This document shows, in pieces, positions 50,999 to 64,000 of a stretch of 64,000 nucleotides of DNA (position 1 is the first letter of the stretch; every line of letters begins with the position of its first letter). The stretch covers positions 283,687 through 347,686 of the forward strand of contig NW_027192214.1 in assembly GCF_041956535.1 (NCBI RefSeq), in the 5' to 3' direction. Under the pieces are notes generated by a model, which was given only the letters and a program-made list of their open reading frames with translations, did no database searches and was not told the DNA's origin. A program made the translations under genes and the position numbers. This DNA comes from Calcarisporiella thermophila CBS 279.70 (Eukaryota > Fungi > Calcarisporiellomycota).

Positions 50999-51793
50999 AT
51001 GTCCGATTTCGACAATTTCACCTCAGCAAATGATGACCCGACAGCCGATTTTCTAGCTCGCGAACGTGCTGTTTTGGGTGACGATGCTGATCTCTTTGCC
51101 CCTCAAGAGACGACAAACGCGACTACAGGCTCCAGCCTGGAGCCCGACACGCTCAATATTGGTGGCTTTGGGGAGGCAGACAATATCTCCACGATGGCCA
51201 CCGTTTCTTCTCCACCCAATACCGCCGATCTAAGTGGTATGCTAAGCCCAACCTCTAGTATGCGCTCTGGTGGTGGAGCTAACGTTTCTTCTGGAGGAGC
51301 CGATTACGGATCCCTTAGTGAATTTCCACCTGTGGAGAACATAAATGGGGGTTACACTATTCCCGAGATCGAGCCCGAAATTATTAGGCATGTTCTCCTC
51401 GATCACTCGAAGATGCTTCACCAGGCCACTAACTTTTTCACCTTAAACAGAGAATGGCGGGAGCGTCGTCAACACGAAATTGCTGAGCGCGATGCAGAAT
51501 CAGAGCGTAAGCGCAACGAAACCATCCAGAAAGCACGCCAGGCAATTGATCAATTCTACGAGGACTACAACACTAAAAAGGATCAGACAGCGCGGCAAAA
51601 CCGAGCCGCGGAGAAAGAGTTTTTCGATAAACGCGACGACACTACCTCCGGCACCGTATGGGAGCGCGTCCTTCGCGAGGTAGATGTGAACAGCAAGACA
51701 ACCAAGAGTACTCGTGATGTCAGTCGAATGAAGCAGTTGATGCTCAGCTTGAAGAAGGATCCACAGGCACCTGGCACCTTTATTCAAGCTTAA
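50999..51793 (+). CDS. CLC1: Clathrin light chain; one GC-AG intron (51388-51450)
   Basis: DPTADFLARERAVLGDDA, EPEIIR/EWRERR, IDQFYEDYN, GTVWERV and DVSRMKQLMLSLKKDPQAPG. Confidence 0.94.
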   Translation: MSDFDNFTSANDDPTADFLARERAVLGDDADLFAPQETTNATTGSSLEPDTLNIGGFGEADNISTMATVSSPPNTADLSGMLSPTSSMRSGGGANVSSGGADYGSLSEFPPVENINGGYTIPEIEPEIIRHVLLDHSKMLHQATNFFTLNREWRERRQHEIAERDAESERKRNETIQKARQAIDQFYEDYNTKKDQTARQNRAAEKEFFDKRDDTTSGTVWERVLREVDVNSKTTKSTRDVSRMKQLMLSLKKDPQAPGTFIQA

Positions 51794-51984
51794 AACACCC
51801 ATTCTTCACATAGCCCGTCTTTTGGAAGCAATCACAAATCGCGTCAACAATATTTTTGTTTCCTCTTTTATCCTTCTGTTGTTCTGGGTTATTTTTCTAA
51901 GTGGTCATGTTTATTTATATTATACAGTACAAATGTATTGATCTTACAGCAGAGGGATGCGAAAAGGAAATAAAATAAATCAAA

Positions 51985-52784
51985 TCAAGCCATGTTACTC
52001 TTCGACTCCCATCTTTTCTTAGCTTCAAACCTAAAAATGTGAGAAGCGGCATATTAGATCTCTTCATGATAAAGTGTAGACCAAACACTAAGTATGGGTA
52101 AAACATACGTCCAGTTCAGGCGGGGCCTTTTTCTTCGCTTTCTCTCCTGTTCCTCTCTCTGCAATTAATTAAAATCATTAATTAATCTTTGCCGTCCTAA
52201 TTACTAGAAAGCTCTACCTCCAGCTGCTCGGCATGTGCTTTTCGCTCTGTAACTGATTTCAATAAGTTGGCTTGTTGTTGATGCGCAAGCTTATCGCTAA
52301 GGCGAGACGCAAGTTCATGGTCTCCCGAAGCAATCGCGGTTTCTATTTCACATTCCAGCTGCGTCTATAACGGTAAAGGGTATGAAAAGTGAGCATAGCA
52401 GTGGAAACACGCCAATAAAAAGTGAGCTACAACCTTTGGATCAAATCGACCTTGCGGTGTCGGTTGGAATTTTTTGTCTTGTTCAGAGAAAAAGGATACT
52501 GCACTTGAAAGATTTTTGAATCTCTTAACTACTTTTCCTTTTTCCTCCTGTGGAACTTGAGATCGCTTGTTTGAAACTTCTTTCTTTAATCGACGCGTCA
52601 TCTCCTGCTGCAAGATTTGAGCATTATTCTCAACGGGATTGTCTTGTATACTTTCCCTTTTTCTTCTCAGCTTCTGAAGACGAGCCCAGTGCTCCGCCTT
52701 GACATTCTGAGAAGGTTGTGATAATTCTGTAGTTTTTGAGGAACTGGATATTTTTGAGATCAAATAAGACTTGGAATACTTCAT
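51985..52784 (-). CDS. FAM204A: FAM204A-like protein; 3 introns; start uncertain
   Basis: QLECEIETAIASGDHELASRLSDKLA and the C-terminal signature RLNWTFEAKKRWESKSNMA*. Confidence 0.8.
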
Positions 52785-52993
52785 TAATCGAGTTGAAGAT
52801 AGGAGAAGAGTATTTCATAGTCACAGTCAAAAATTAGCTTGGTTGATGCTTCCTAAATATCGAATTAGCCCACGTTGGAGTCATCATGGAAGCAAGTTGA
52901 TAAATATGGGATAGAAAGGAAAATATTACAGGTGATAATATGCAGTTACATTTACATGGCTCAAGGGGAAATAGACTGTGTCATTCTAAATCT

Positions 52994-54940
52994 CTATCCA
53001 GAAGATTTGGTCAACTTCTCCACCTCTCTTTTCACGAAGCTTGCGACCATGGAGTTTCGCTCTTGAGGGCTCACCTGGGTGGCTCCACCCAAGTTACTAT
53101 CAAGAAAAGCCCCTGGCAACTTAGAACGGAAAAAGTGGCTTAACTGTCGATTAATTGACTTGTATTGGTCTCGAGTTATTCTACTATTCCGATAGTATGG
53201 CATGAGATGTGACGCCACTAAGTCTGCGACACGACGCTTTATATTGTCAGCAGTTGCACAATGAGAGCGGGAAGGCGTGGTAGTGCGAGATACAGGGTAA
53301 TTTTGGGGACAGTTATGTGGATGTTCCCGCTCGTCTATGTTATTATCAGAAGTGGACACATCAGGCACGGAGGAAATTGTGACACTAGGGGCGGGACTTG
53401 CTAGTTGAGAACTATTACGAGTTTTTCCAGTAGTATTACAAATGGCAGGGAGGTTAATTTCTAATGAATTATTTGGTTTAGTGAGAGCACGAGGGGCCAC
53501 AGTTGTAGTAGGAGGTATTGTAAAAGCTGGTTGTGATTCATAACGTGTTCTCCTCTCGTTCTCTAAGGACATTGGACTTTGAGCACTCGAGCAAAGTATA
53601 AAATCATTTCCAAGGTCACTCTTTATCCGCTTATGAGGGTTGGAAGAGCCGGCAGCCACCCCTTTTCTCCTAACAGTAGATCCCCCTGGTATCACAGAAT
53701 TTCGAGAACGATCACGCTGAAAGTTGGAAGGGTGAGGATAGGTTTGGGCAGTAGGTCGTGTAGGTGTGGGAATTGCAGAAGCGGATGTAGTTGTAGAAGC
53801 TTTCTCCGCTATTCGACGAGCACGTTCAAATTGTGCCCATAAGGCATTATCTGTATCTCCGGAATTGGTATTTGAGCTAGTTGCTCCAGCCACTGATCTC
53901 GTATTCCGTTGACTTGAAGGAAGGTGAGAATGACGCATGTCATAAGGATTCCAAGTGGAAGCGGAAGAAAGGGTAGATTCAGCGGAGCGGCGTGCTCCCA
54001 ATCTTCGCTGCTGCATGTTGCCCGCTAAAAAATTTCTCCGTGACTCATTGATGACTTCTCGTTGTATCCGAGCAAAAATTGAGGAAGATCTACTTGATTC
54101 TGCTCGTCGAGAGACTCTCCTACGCCTGGCGGAGTTAGTGTGACGAGTTGGTCTTCTTCGAGTCGACCGTTGGAGATGTGCATTTTCATCTTCTGCATTG
54201 GTTCCATCAGAATGTTCAACATCATCGGGGTTTTCGATTGAACATGAGTATTCATCACGACATTTTGGGCAATACCAGGAGCCATCAGGGACGAAATCAA
54301 GTCCAACACAGTACAAGCTAATATAAGAAAAGTTGAAAATGGGTCAATAATCCCATAAAAGTTAAAAAATATCGAATAAGGTTGGACTCAACTGGTAAGT
54401 ATCGTCGCAATCATCACAACAGATTAACTCTTCTCCCAAATCACCCTGTTGACCACAGCTTTCACAATACACAACTAGATCTAAATCGTCTACAGGAGCA
54501 CCATAGTCGTCAATATTTTGGCATACGGCTTGTTTTTTCTTCTCTACATGTATTTTTCTTATAATGGGACCTTTTCATTCGATCATGAAAAGAAATTAGT
54601 AAGAAAATATCTATATAAAATATACTGTATGTGTAACCAAAGTGGCAAAGAAATGACATACCCTCAATTGTCTCTGATATATTAACCTGGTCGAACTCTC
54701 TCCTGCAAGTTGGGCATGAATTTGCAACCTAAAATATAAGTCCCGTTAAGAGCGAAAATGCGCTACCTAATAAGATTGCCACAATAATACCTCAGCCCAG
54801 AGTAACAAGCAACTGAGGTGAAAAAGATGGGAACAAGCGAGATTAGCAATTTCAGTGCCAGTGGATTGTTCTGACTGATCAGGCAACGATGAAGGATCGT
54901 TGATTGAAAGGAGATCAATCATACATATTACACACTGCAT
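52994..54940 (-). CDS. RING + PHD finger protein with a C-terminal SRI-like domain (PHRF1/Asr1-like); 3 introns
   Basis: MQCVIC...CSHLFHLSCLLLWAE/VANSCPTCR; CESC...CCDDCDDTYH/LYCVGLDFVPDGSWYCPKC; VASHLMPYYRNSRITRDQYKSINR. Confidence 0.85.
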
Positions 54941-55203
54941 TGAGCTGAAATGGTATTGAAAGAAGTGAGGATTATTTCAAGGAAAAAGCAATTTCATATC
55001 CTCTCTGGAATTTAACAGTCACGTAATGCATATACGAAAAAATTACATCCAGTGGCGGTATTCAGCTAACAATAAGGTGTGATTGTTTCTATTGCTTATT
55101 ACAATATAATGTATAGGTGAAAGAAAACAAAGATAATAAAGAAAGCAAAATTGTTAAAATCTATCAATAAACTGTCTTAAGCTGTCATTTCAACGAGTAC
55201 ATA

Positions 55204-55952
55204 TTAATAACCTATATAATAAAAAAAGTGAGAAAATAGTCGGGCTGGATAGAATATTCCAACTGTACTTACAGCAATCACAGTCAAAAGGACATAGCGG
55301 CGTGTCTAATTATTGATTATATGGGTTATAAGAGAGAAAATTTAGAAAATTGCATCGTTGTTACCTCCACCTTCACCAATCTTCAGCTCTTTCACATCAA
55401 AGAGCGGTAGACCATCTTCAGTAGTCCTTCCTACGATTCAATAACAAATAGTATATTAAACATGTCCAAATGAGATTTCTGTCCAGATATCCGATAAATA
55501 CTTGATTTAGATCCACGGGAATCGCTGAAATTATCATCGTCATTAGCTCGGAATTTACGTTTTTCTTCCTTCTTTTTCTGCATGGAGGCTGGCTGTCCAG
55601 GCTGCTTGAATACTACCACCCCTTCTTTGTTGTTTGATTCCGATTTTTTCACTTCGTCCTTATTTGCATCCTTAGTTGAATCTTTCTTTTTCTCTGCCGT
55701 ATCCTTCTTAGTGTTTGTATCTGGCGTCTCTTCATGTTCTAGAGTGGAAGAAGGTAGTGGTGTCTCTTTTTTGCTGAAAATGTCGTCAATTTCAGACGTA
55801 GAAGCCGAACCCTTTTTCGCTGTCCAATTACCAAACATTATTTAGTCATTAGAGGGTATACCTCTAAACTAGCAGGAAGTAAATTTACTTTCAGCCTTTG
55901 GTTCAGGTCTGGAATTATTGTCCGTTTTGGATTTCTTCTTCTTGTTGGCCAT
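55204..55952 (-). CDS. DUF1764-family nuclear protein; 4 introns; last coding exon only 8 nt
   Basis: SEIDDIF, DDDNFSDSRG, RRTTEDGLPLFDVKELKIGEGG/DTPLCPFDCDCC/Y*. Confidence 0.85.
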
Positions 55953-56089
55953 ATTAAACTCGCTGCTCTTCAAGCGAAAGCGAATTTCATTTACATTTAT
56001 TGGGACTTGTTTTTTGGCTGCGCCGCTGGTTAATCAATTGAAAAAAGTACAATATTGCCGTTGGGTTTTTTGCTGTTCAACAATTCAAA

Positions 56090-57024
56090 ATGCGGCTTTT
56101 ATCATTACGGGGTCCTACGAGCCATGCATTTAGAACATTTGCTGCACGGAATCGTACACAAATTTTGCACCCGCGATTAAGGTGGTTGCCCGGGACATTT
56201 CATGACAGATCACAGTGCTTCTCGACGACTCGTCTATTATTAAATTCTCCCAGACATTCGGACCTGGACGGGGATAAGGCAGTCGGGAGTTCCGCTCAAG
56301 ATACAAAGAATACCACGCTTCTACCAGAATATGAAGAGTTTGAAGAGCGAATTGACCCAAATTTATATGCTCAATTGGTTAGTGAAGAGGCGGAATCCAA
56401 CAAAACTGAAAATGAAGAAGAGACTGAAGATCCAACTTGGTTTCTCGACCCAGAAGATAATACTGATACCAGCGTAACAACCAGTGAATATATACCATTG
56501 TGGAAGCGTGTATCTGCAAATGCGGAACCAGCCACGAGTCAACTCGAGGAGCATACAACACCAGTCTCTGGAATAGAATCGGCGAATGATGTTGCTGTTT
56601 TGCTACAACAAGCAAAATTACATAATATCAAGGTGATAGATGTTAGATCTATCTGCGACTGGGCAGAGTACATGGTGGTTGCAGATGCAGGCCCTTTGAA
56701 TACTCGATATTTGCATTCAGTTGCTCACCAAATTGCTAAAGCTGTAAGCCTTATCCTCTTTTTTCAATTCCCTGCCAAGCTTATTCAACGATTTTTATTT
56801 TGTTTTGTCGGAATTAGTTTAACTCTGGGCGAAAGAACTTTTCTGCGACAATCGAAGGAATTGGAAGCGATAGTGGGTGGATACTCATTGATGGCCTAAA
56901 TATCGTAGTGCATCTTTTTACTCCGGAGGCCCGCCAACAATATGACCTGGAGGGTATGTGGGCGAAGTTAATTTCCGAGCCACCTGAGGAAACACAACTC
57001 TCTGCCATCGATGATCGTGGCTAA
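56090..57024 (+). CDS. Mitochondrial RsfS/Iojap-domain protein (MALSU1 / Atp25 N-terminal-like); 1 intron
   Basis: Presequence; LLQQAKLHNIKVIDVRSICDWAEYMVVA...WILIDGLNIVVHLFTPEARQQYDLEGMW. Confidence 0.85.
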
Positions 57025-57450
57025 GTAAGATAACATTAGAAAGGACCCTCCTTCAACTATATTTTACAAAGAAAATAACATTTGTATGAATATACAATGA
57101 TTCTATGTCCAGTGAGAATGCTTGAGAATTGGTTGGGAACGATTTGCATTTAGTTTATAGATACTGAAATCTATAATTGCTGCTGGATTCAATAATATTT
57201 CAAAATGGGGAGAATTTATATTAAAGAACCCTTTTCACTAACTGGTAGGCCATATATGAAAATTTATTGATGAGAAAATTCACTGGCAATAAATTTTTCA
57301 AAGTCTATATGGTTTTTACCAAGTCGAATTGCCAAATCAAAATGTTCTCTAATTGGCTCGTCTACCAGTCGTACGAGAACGGTCGAGTTTAATTCCAAGT
57401 AATGTTTTTGTATTCCTTCTTTGTTCTCAACCAATCTTCAGTCGGAGAAA

Positions 57451-58324
<874 letters not shown>

Positions 58325-58579
58325 ACCTCAAATCTTTGTTTCATAGAATGAAGGTTGGGAGAGGAGGAATGGATAAAAAACATTAATTATTTCTCCATTT
58401 ATCCCTATTTGCTTATTTCACCTGTGTTGTAGTCGTCTTAGTTCCTCTCTTTAATCTCCCTCCTCTTTATTTGTCAATTCGAATTTTTAATAAGAAAATT
58501 TAAGACTAACTGTTTACTGGAGCCCGTGACGCATTTTGTGACAAAATATCTTTCCTTTACTGCTCTCATTTCTCGGTCG

Positions 58580-60101
58580 ATGAGCGTAGTAAACTTGCGC
58601 TTAGAAGAAGCGAAATCCAAAGAGGAGAATAATATTCTCTGTGGAATGTATGGGCCTTCCTCCGAGTTTAGATTTCTCCTTCTTCCTTTAATTTTTTTCT
58701 CTTCTAATTAGTTGTCAATCGCAGTTTGCCAAGTACTCTTGCCCGCGATGCAATCTTCGTTACTGTTCCTTATCCTGTTATAAAAGCAAGGTAATTAGCC
58801 AGGTTCTAACTGAAAGTAAAGTTTTAAAAGGAAAACTGACTCTATAGAATACTAGAAACATGAAGGATGCTCAGAGTCATTTTACCAGGAAAATGTTTTA
58901 CTTGAAATGCAAAGCAGAGGCGTAGATGAAGAGACAAAAAATAAAACTCTGGATTTATTACGGCGTTTTCAGGAACAACAACTGGAAGAGGACGTAGAAG
59001 AATGGGATGAAGGTGAAAGTTATATTAGTGTGGCTATATATCTCCAACTAACGTTCTTCAATAAATAATAGAAAATGACAGCGACACAAGTGATCTAGCA
59101 AAGCGATTAACTGATTTGGATCTGGGTTGGCTTATCTCTTCACATTCTTTATGGCAATAGTGTACGCTCACTATTCATTAATTCTCTTGAAGATAATGCA
59201 ACTTTTGAAGATATTTGGAACCGCCTTACGGAAGCTGAACGATCCGATTTTAAGGAAAAATATCTCAAAGAACCTGAACTTTTACCACTATGGAAACCAT
59301 GGTGGAAGCAGCAGGCCAAAGATGAAGAAGTAGCTGTTGGAGAGTTTTCTGAAGCTCGTCCCAACCTTATAGTCGAGCTGGGTGCTGAGCAAAGTGATGA
59401 GAATACTAGTCAAGGACGACCGGAGGTTCTTTCGGACCTAGTGCCGCTGGAAAAGTTGACAAAAAAGTCTCCTCATCCCGATATACTCTATAATATTGTT
59501 GGTGCTCTTTTTGCTTATACCTTTACATGCCGACGGTTGAATGGAGAGCTTTTTGAAAATCCTGAAGAAACGTGTGTGATGCTCTTGAGAGTTTGTCCAA
59601 TTCTGGCACCAAGATCAAAAGTAATATACCAAAGCGTGTCCGAAGCGATTACAGATTGCATCCGTGCATCATACGAGGTGATTTAATAACTTCAGTACTT
59701 ACAATAATCTTGACTCATTTCTTCACCTTTCCCTATAGAGCTCGCACTCTTCGCAATCTATTACATTTAACGCGCTTGTTATCGAGGATGTCGCCACGCT
59801 TCTCTCTTCCTCCCTCAATGTGCTTTCAGGGCTCTCCGAAATGGTTCGAATATTCCGAGCTTGTAATTCTCAGGCCACTCAAAGTTTCCTCGCAGAGAAG
59901 AAAGTATATTTCTATGCTGTTTATATTAAATCTCTTGGGGACAGTAATGAGATGCTCTCCATGGTGAAGGCGGCTGCACACCTCGAGCACAATCTTCTCT
60001 TGCAGCAAGAAGGCGACTATTCTAAAGCGAAACAATTGACCGAGGAAATGCTTAAGAGTAAAAAGAATAAAAAGTCGCGTCAATTGATTGAAGAGCTCTA
60101 A
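58580..60101 (+). CDS. ZNHIT2: Zinc-finger HIT domain protein (ZNHIT2-like); 5 introns
   Basis: CGI/CQSQFAKYSCPRCNLRYCSLSCYK/.H..CSESFYQENV, LPLWKPWW and YNIVGALFAYTFTCRRLNGE. Confidence 0.85.
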
Positions 60102-60810
60102 TATTGTGTGGTATTTGCATCCCCTCTCTCTCCTGAAAAGATATTTTTTTAGAAAATCTTTGTATATATTGGCACGCAATTGCAGGTAACTATTTGTTTA
60201 TTGATAGCTCTGCTATGATGCCTCATTTTTCATTAACTTTAATGTTAAAGCCCTGAAAATAAACTGTTGATATCAATGTTTTATTATTATGAAAATCCAC
60301 TATACACTTTAAAATTATAGAAAGCAGAGATAACATATTGGTGGGTATCCAGAATTTGAAACTTACAACTAGAATAGTCTTATCTATGATATTGAGATTT
60401 ATAAAGATGCCAGTTCAAATCTCTGCTTCCAAATATATTGCACTGAATATAGAATATATCAAATGAATTTAAACCCAATTATCCTTGGTCATTGCAAATA
60501 AAAAATATGTCTATATTACTGGAAATTTTAAGAGAATGCCCACTTTGTAATACTGGTGGAATGGGCGAAATATGCAGATGTAATAAATAGCCCTACTTCA
60601 AAACATCCACAAATACTTTTTAACGAATTCAACGAATGATTATATTTTTCTGTCATTGAGCTGACAGCAAGCAAAATACTTCATAATAATGATAAGTGAA
60701 AAAAAAAAGAAAAGTAGGTGTCTCTAAACACATTTGCTACGTTTAACAGTATGTAAGAAATATATATTTAAAAAAATGTTATTACTGATTCTGATTCTAG
60801 TGAATTTACA

Positions 60811-62130
60811 TCAGTCTCTTAAAAACTCGGTAGGCAATTCGTAGCATAAATGCGGTGCCTATTAAACGCAATAAAATCGAGACGACAACGGCTCGTCGGA
60901 TCGCTCTCAAGTAGCTCTTCCATGCTGGCCCTCCGGCCCAAGAGGTCGTCCAGCTAAGGTTAAATAGAGGAGAGAATAGTAAAATGGCAGTTCCATAATC
61001 TAAAATTGAGAGCCAGCTTATTATACTTACTTTCCCCTCCTCTCATCTCGTTTTCCTAATTTAATGAACATCAGCACCAACAGATTGATATCTATAAAAT
61101 CGAACCGAGGCATCTGCCCATCCAAAGGACGATGCGGACCCCTAGCGTCATGCTCCATCAAATCCAATAAATTGCTTGTCATTTGGAGTGTGAGGCCCCA
61201 AAGACGAAGTTTTCCGGGTGCAATGCGTTGTTCCAGCATTCCCTGTATCTCTTCAGAGATTTTTGAAGAGGAAGTTGCAGAGGTGGGACTGTAAGCAATA
61301 GTAGTGGAAGTGGAAGTATGCGAGGTTAGGGGCGAATCCGATGACTGCGGTGTTTCGATATAATTTGGCATATTGATACAGTGAAAATGCATTTCTCCCA
61401 TTATAGTGCGCAGAAATTTTCGAAACAGTCCAGAAGTGAAGTATGGGAAGAGGCGTCTGGAGAGATCGACACTGATCGGAGTCCACCGTGGATGCTCTAA
61501 ATAATCATAGAAAATGGACAACGGAATCCCTAATATAACATGTAGAGATAACATATTAGTACGAAACAAGAGTTTCAAAGGAGGTTAATTACAGTGAGCT
61601 GAAGCAACTTCTCTGAGCTGAATTGTCATCTGAGGAGTAATGGGTGACATTTGAAGATACACAAATGGGGACAAAATCATCAGAAGCCTTTTTGCGAAAG
61701 TGGAAGAAACCTCACGATCGTCCAGAGCTCCCAAGCATAAAAACTCAGGTCCTGTCAAGTCAAGTCCGACTTCTTCACGAGCCTCCCGCTCTGCGGTTGC
61801 TCGGTCATCTCCATTATCTGCCTCCTCCTGTTTGCCACCCGGAAATGCAACATGGCCACTCCAACGATCACCCTGACGTGTTGCACGTTTGATGTATAGC
61901 AATTGAGGATCCCCTCCACTAACCCACGGCTGCTTTACAAATTCCTCAACTGTAGTTGGAAGTTTTGAGAGTGGGACATAGGATGAAGGGCGAACTCGAA
62001 GTACTATGGCTACACTTGCACGAACTGGTGTATGCTCTGGAGATGGGAGCTTAATGGCTTGCGATTCGCGCAAATTACGGGCTAGATTAAGAAGAAGCGT
62101 GCACGGATCAGCAGATTTACTCGATTCCAT
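60811..62130 (-). CDS. Nudix hydrolase (CoA-pyrophosphatase-like fungal family); 2 introns
   Basis: RASVAIVLR, LLYIKRATRQGDRWSGHVAFPGGKQE...TAEREAREEVGLDL (Nudix box) and LRLWGLTLQM. Confidence 0.88.
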
Positions 62131-62704
62131 GCTAAAGGTCACCCTACACCAACATTAATAATTATGCTGACTCCAATTCAGTAATTGAAAAAGCAAGATT
62201 TCCTGAAAAAGTGACCCCAACATGCAGCATTCCAAGCCACAGTATTATTATCTTGTGAATTTCAAGCACGTTCCACGGTAAGCTCAGCAAAAAGCAATAT
62301 AACGCGTAAATTATCTTCGAACTTGCGAGCCAGGTTAGATGCTAGCGACTAGTGTTTTCTGAGCTTATAAGGATCAAGTTTACCGATTTATTCAAATACT
62401 TATAGATATTGAGCTGAACAAAATACCTTACAGCTTTAATCATTCACTCAAGCTTTATTAAATTTTAGCAAAACAATTTCAAAGCAAGCATTCGTTAAAT
62501 AGCTGTCAGTTAGCGGAATAATTGGAGCAATTCGCAAATATATCAAAAAACTGTTGGATTAGATGCGCTTAGAGCAGAAAAAATTTATTAAAAGTTGAAC
62601 TAGACGTGCAAAAATAGAATATAATTATAACAAAATTAAATATATGCCTCCACCAGAGCTTTAATAAAAGTGGTGGTGATTTTGCACCTTAATCACTATT
62701 AGAA

Positions 62705-64000
62705 TTAACTGTCCATATATCTCGTGATTACTAATGAAATGCAAACAGCGCTCAGTATGGTGTACACTTCATAATCGACTCTGATTATATGGTAAGGATC
62801 GACGGGATACTCGCCACACGTTGCTAAGTCGTCGATTCCATTCACTTTCTTGAAACTGTAAGTCCTACTTTTCTTAAGAGCTCCCAAGGCTTAATATTGT
62901 CTTGTAGAAGGACACACTGTCTCCCGACTATTAGCCAAGCTAAATGAGAGCTTCCGGCCACCAATCCTAAATCCCCATTATATCACCATACGAGGCTTCT
63001 CGAATTCCATGTGCAGTCGGCCCACCAACCGCTCTGGAGCCCACGATTTACAAATTTTCCCAGTCTCTGTAAAAACCATTGATTTTGATTCAATACATCT
63101 GCGATAAGTGGCCAGAACTACTTGAAGACAAAAATGTATTGATGAATCCATCACGTACACCTGCTTGATTCGCAGCGCATATTCCGATAAAAAATTTCCA
63201 AATCCACCGACCGTCGCCTGGAGATATTTTTCCCAATTCACTAAGCTTCTCCCGGAGAAGCGAATATATTTGCAAGTAGTGGTGATCCCCGTTCCGTTCA
63301 GACGTGGGTTATTATGACACAAGTTCTATCACGTTAATGTGATAAATTCGCAACTCGTAACGGTTGTCACGCATAAGCGCATAATAAGGCAGCGATCGAA
63401 CCTTTTGGGAAAGAGAGGTTTTCCTGTTTGCATTCCAACAATGTTTTCCCTGAAAAGTCTCAATGGACCCCGCTGTCCAAGCCAATAAGTCTCGAAAATG
63501 AGATCACAAGCAAGCTGGAAGTTAGGGTTTCCATAGGAGAGTACTTCATCATGTAACCATGCTGACTCGCTGACCAGCTGTTGTACTATTTTGGCTTTCT
63601 CAGCTATTAACTTAATTCCGCAGAAATTGTGTCAGCACAGCCCTTGCCCGCATTTGCCATTCTTCGACAATTTCAACATACGAGTTGTTACTGGGGAAAA
63701 TCCTCCTAATACACCTAAACGATGTAGGTATATACTGTTGATGTGTTTGTATGTGCAATTATCATTACGAATCATGTACACACTTCCTTGGCGGTCAGCA
63801 TATCCCTGCCAAGTTGCCGGTTCACTAAGAACTAACTCTGCACAACCGTCACATACTCGAATTTCACCCTATGCTCCACTTGAAAGAAATATTTTCAGGC
63901 ATCGTCCAGCTGAAACTGGTGCTATCACCTTTGAGATCATTTCATGAGCATCTCCTGCGTATACCTGTATTTCAGAATCAGGGCTCAAATTTGGCATGGA
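62705..64000 (-). pseudogene. Decayed intronless ORF of unknown origin (may continue beyond the window)
   Basis: One minus-strand frame from about 63997 to 62705 (about 430 codons) has only 6 internal stops and contains the listed 114-aa and 60-aa ORFs; no clear introns. Confidence 0.45.

Noticed and set aside
52365-52499. Perfect U12-type donor GTATCCTTT on the minus strand in FAM204A, frame-compatible with the acceptor at 52365
   Set aside because: The segment it would remove (VSFFSEQDKKFQPTPQGRFDPK) aligns with the recalled conserved FAM204A region, and the branch site is a poor U12 match. It is probably coding coincidence; RNA-seq would settle it.

Overview
Gene-dense eukaryotic DNA (about 31 spliced or single-exon genes in 64 kb, typical introns about 55-70 nt, mostly GT-AG with CTAAC/CTAAT branch sites). 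Gene content (Rax1, Sip5, Mtf2-like, Vps10 alongside PDCD7/U11-59K, FAM204A and NDUFAF3) points to an early-diverging fungus, most likely Mucoromycota; this is an inference. Genes from left to right: ADI1 (5'-truncated), NDUFAF3, glutaminyl cyclase, VPS10 with three luminal domains, MEF2-type MADS factor, TRM11, NIF/FCP1-like HAD protein, small orphan, RPL8, NPF/NPW-motif orphan, VDAC, myotubularin, uS11m, Mtf2-like, RING-H2 with a plant RFI2-like signature, RAX1, a multi-exon hypothetical, multi-KH RNA-binding protein, PDCD7, AP-1 gamma, acidic orphan, SIP5, RAD1 (9-1-1 clamp), DMT/SLC35 transporter, clathrin light chain, FAM204A, RING-PHD-SRI protein, DUF1764 protein, RsfS/MALSU1-like, IDI1, ZNHIT2 and a Nudix hydrolase, followed by a decayed intronless ORF at the right edge. 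No tRNA, rRNA, CRISPR array or intact transposon was seen. Most notable: (1) an RFI2/IPI1-like (plant-type) RING ligase; (2) a 3-nt microexon required to build the catalytic DPPY motif of TRM11; (3) a highly structured RPL8 intron with its branch point in a hairpin loop; (4) the triple-domain Vps10; (5) an approximately 935-nt ATG-free leader upstream of the KH protein gene; (6) a minor-spliceosome protein gene. All exon structures were read by eye and family assignments are from recalled motifs, not database searches.
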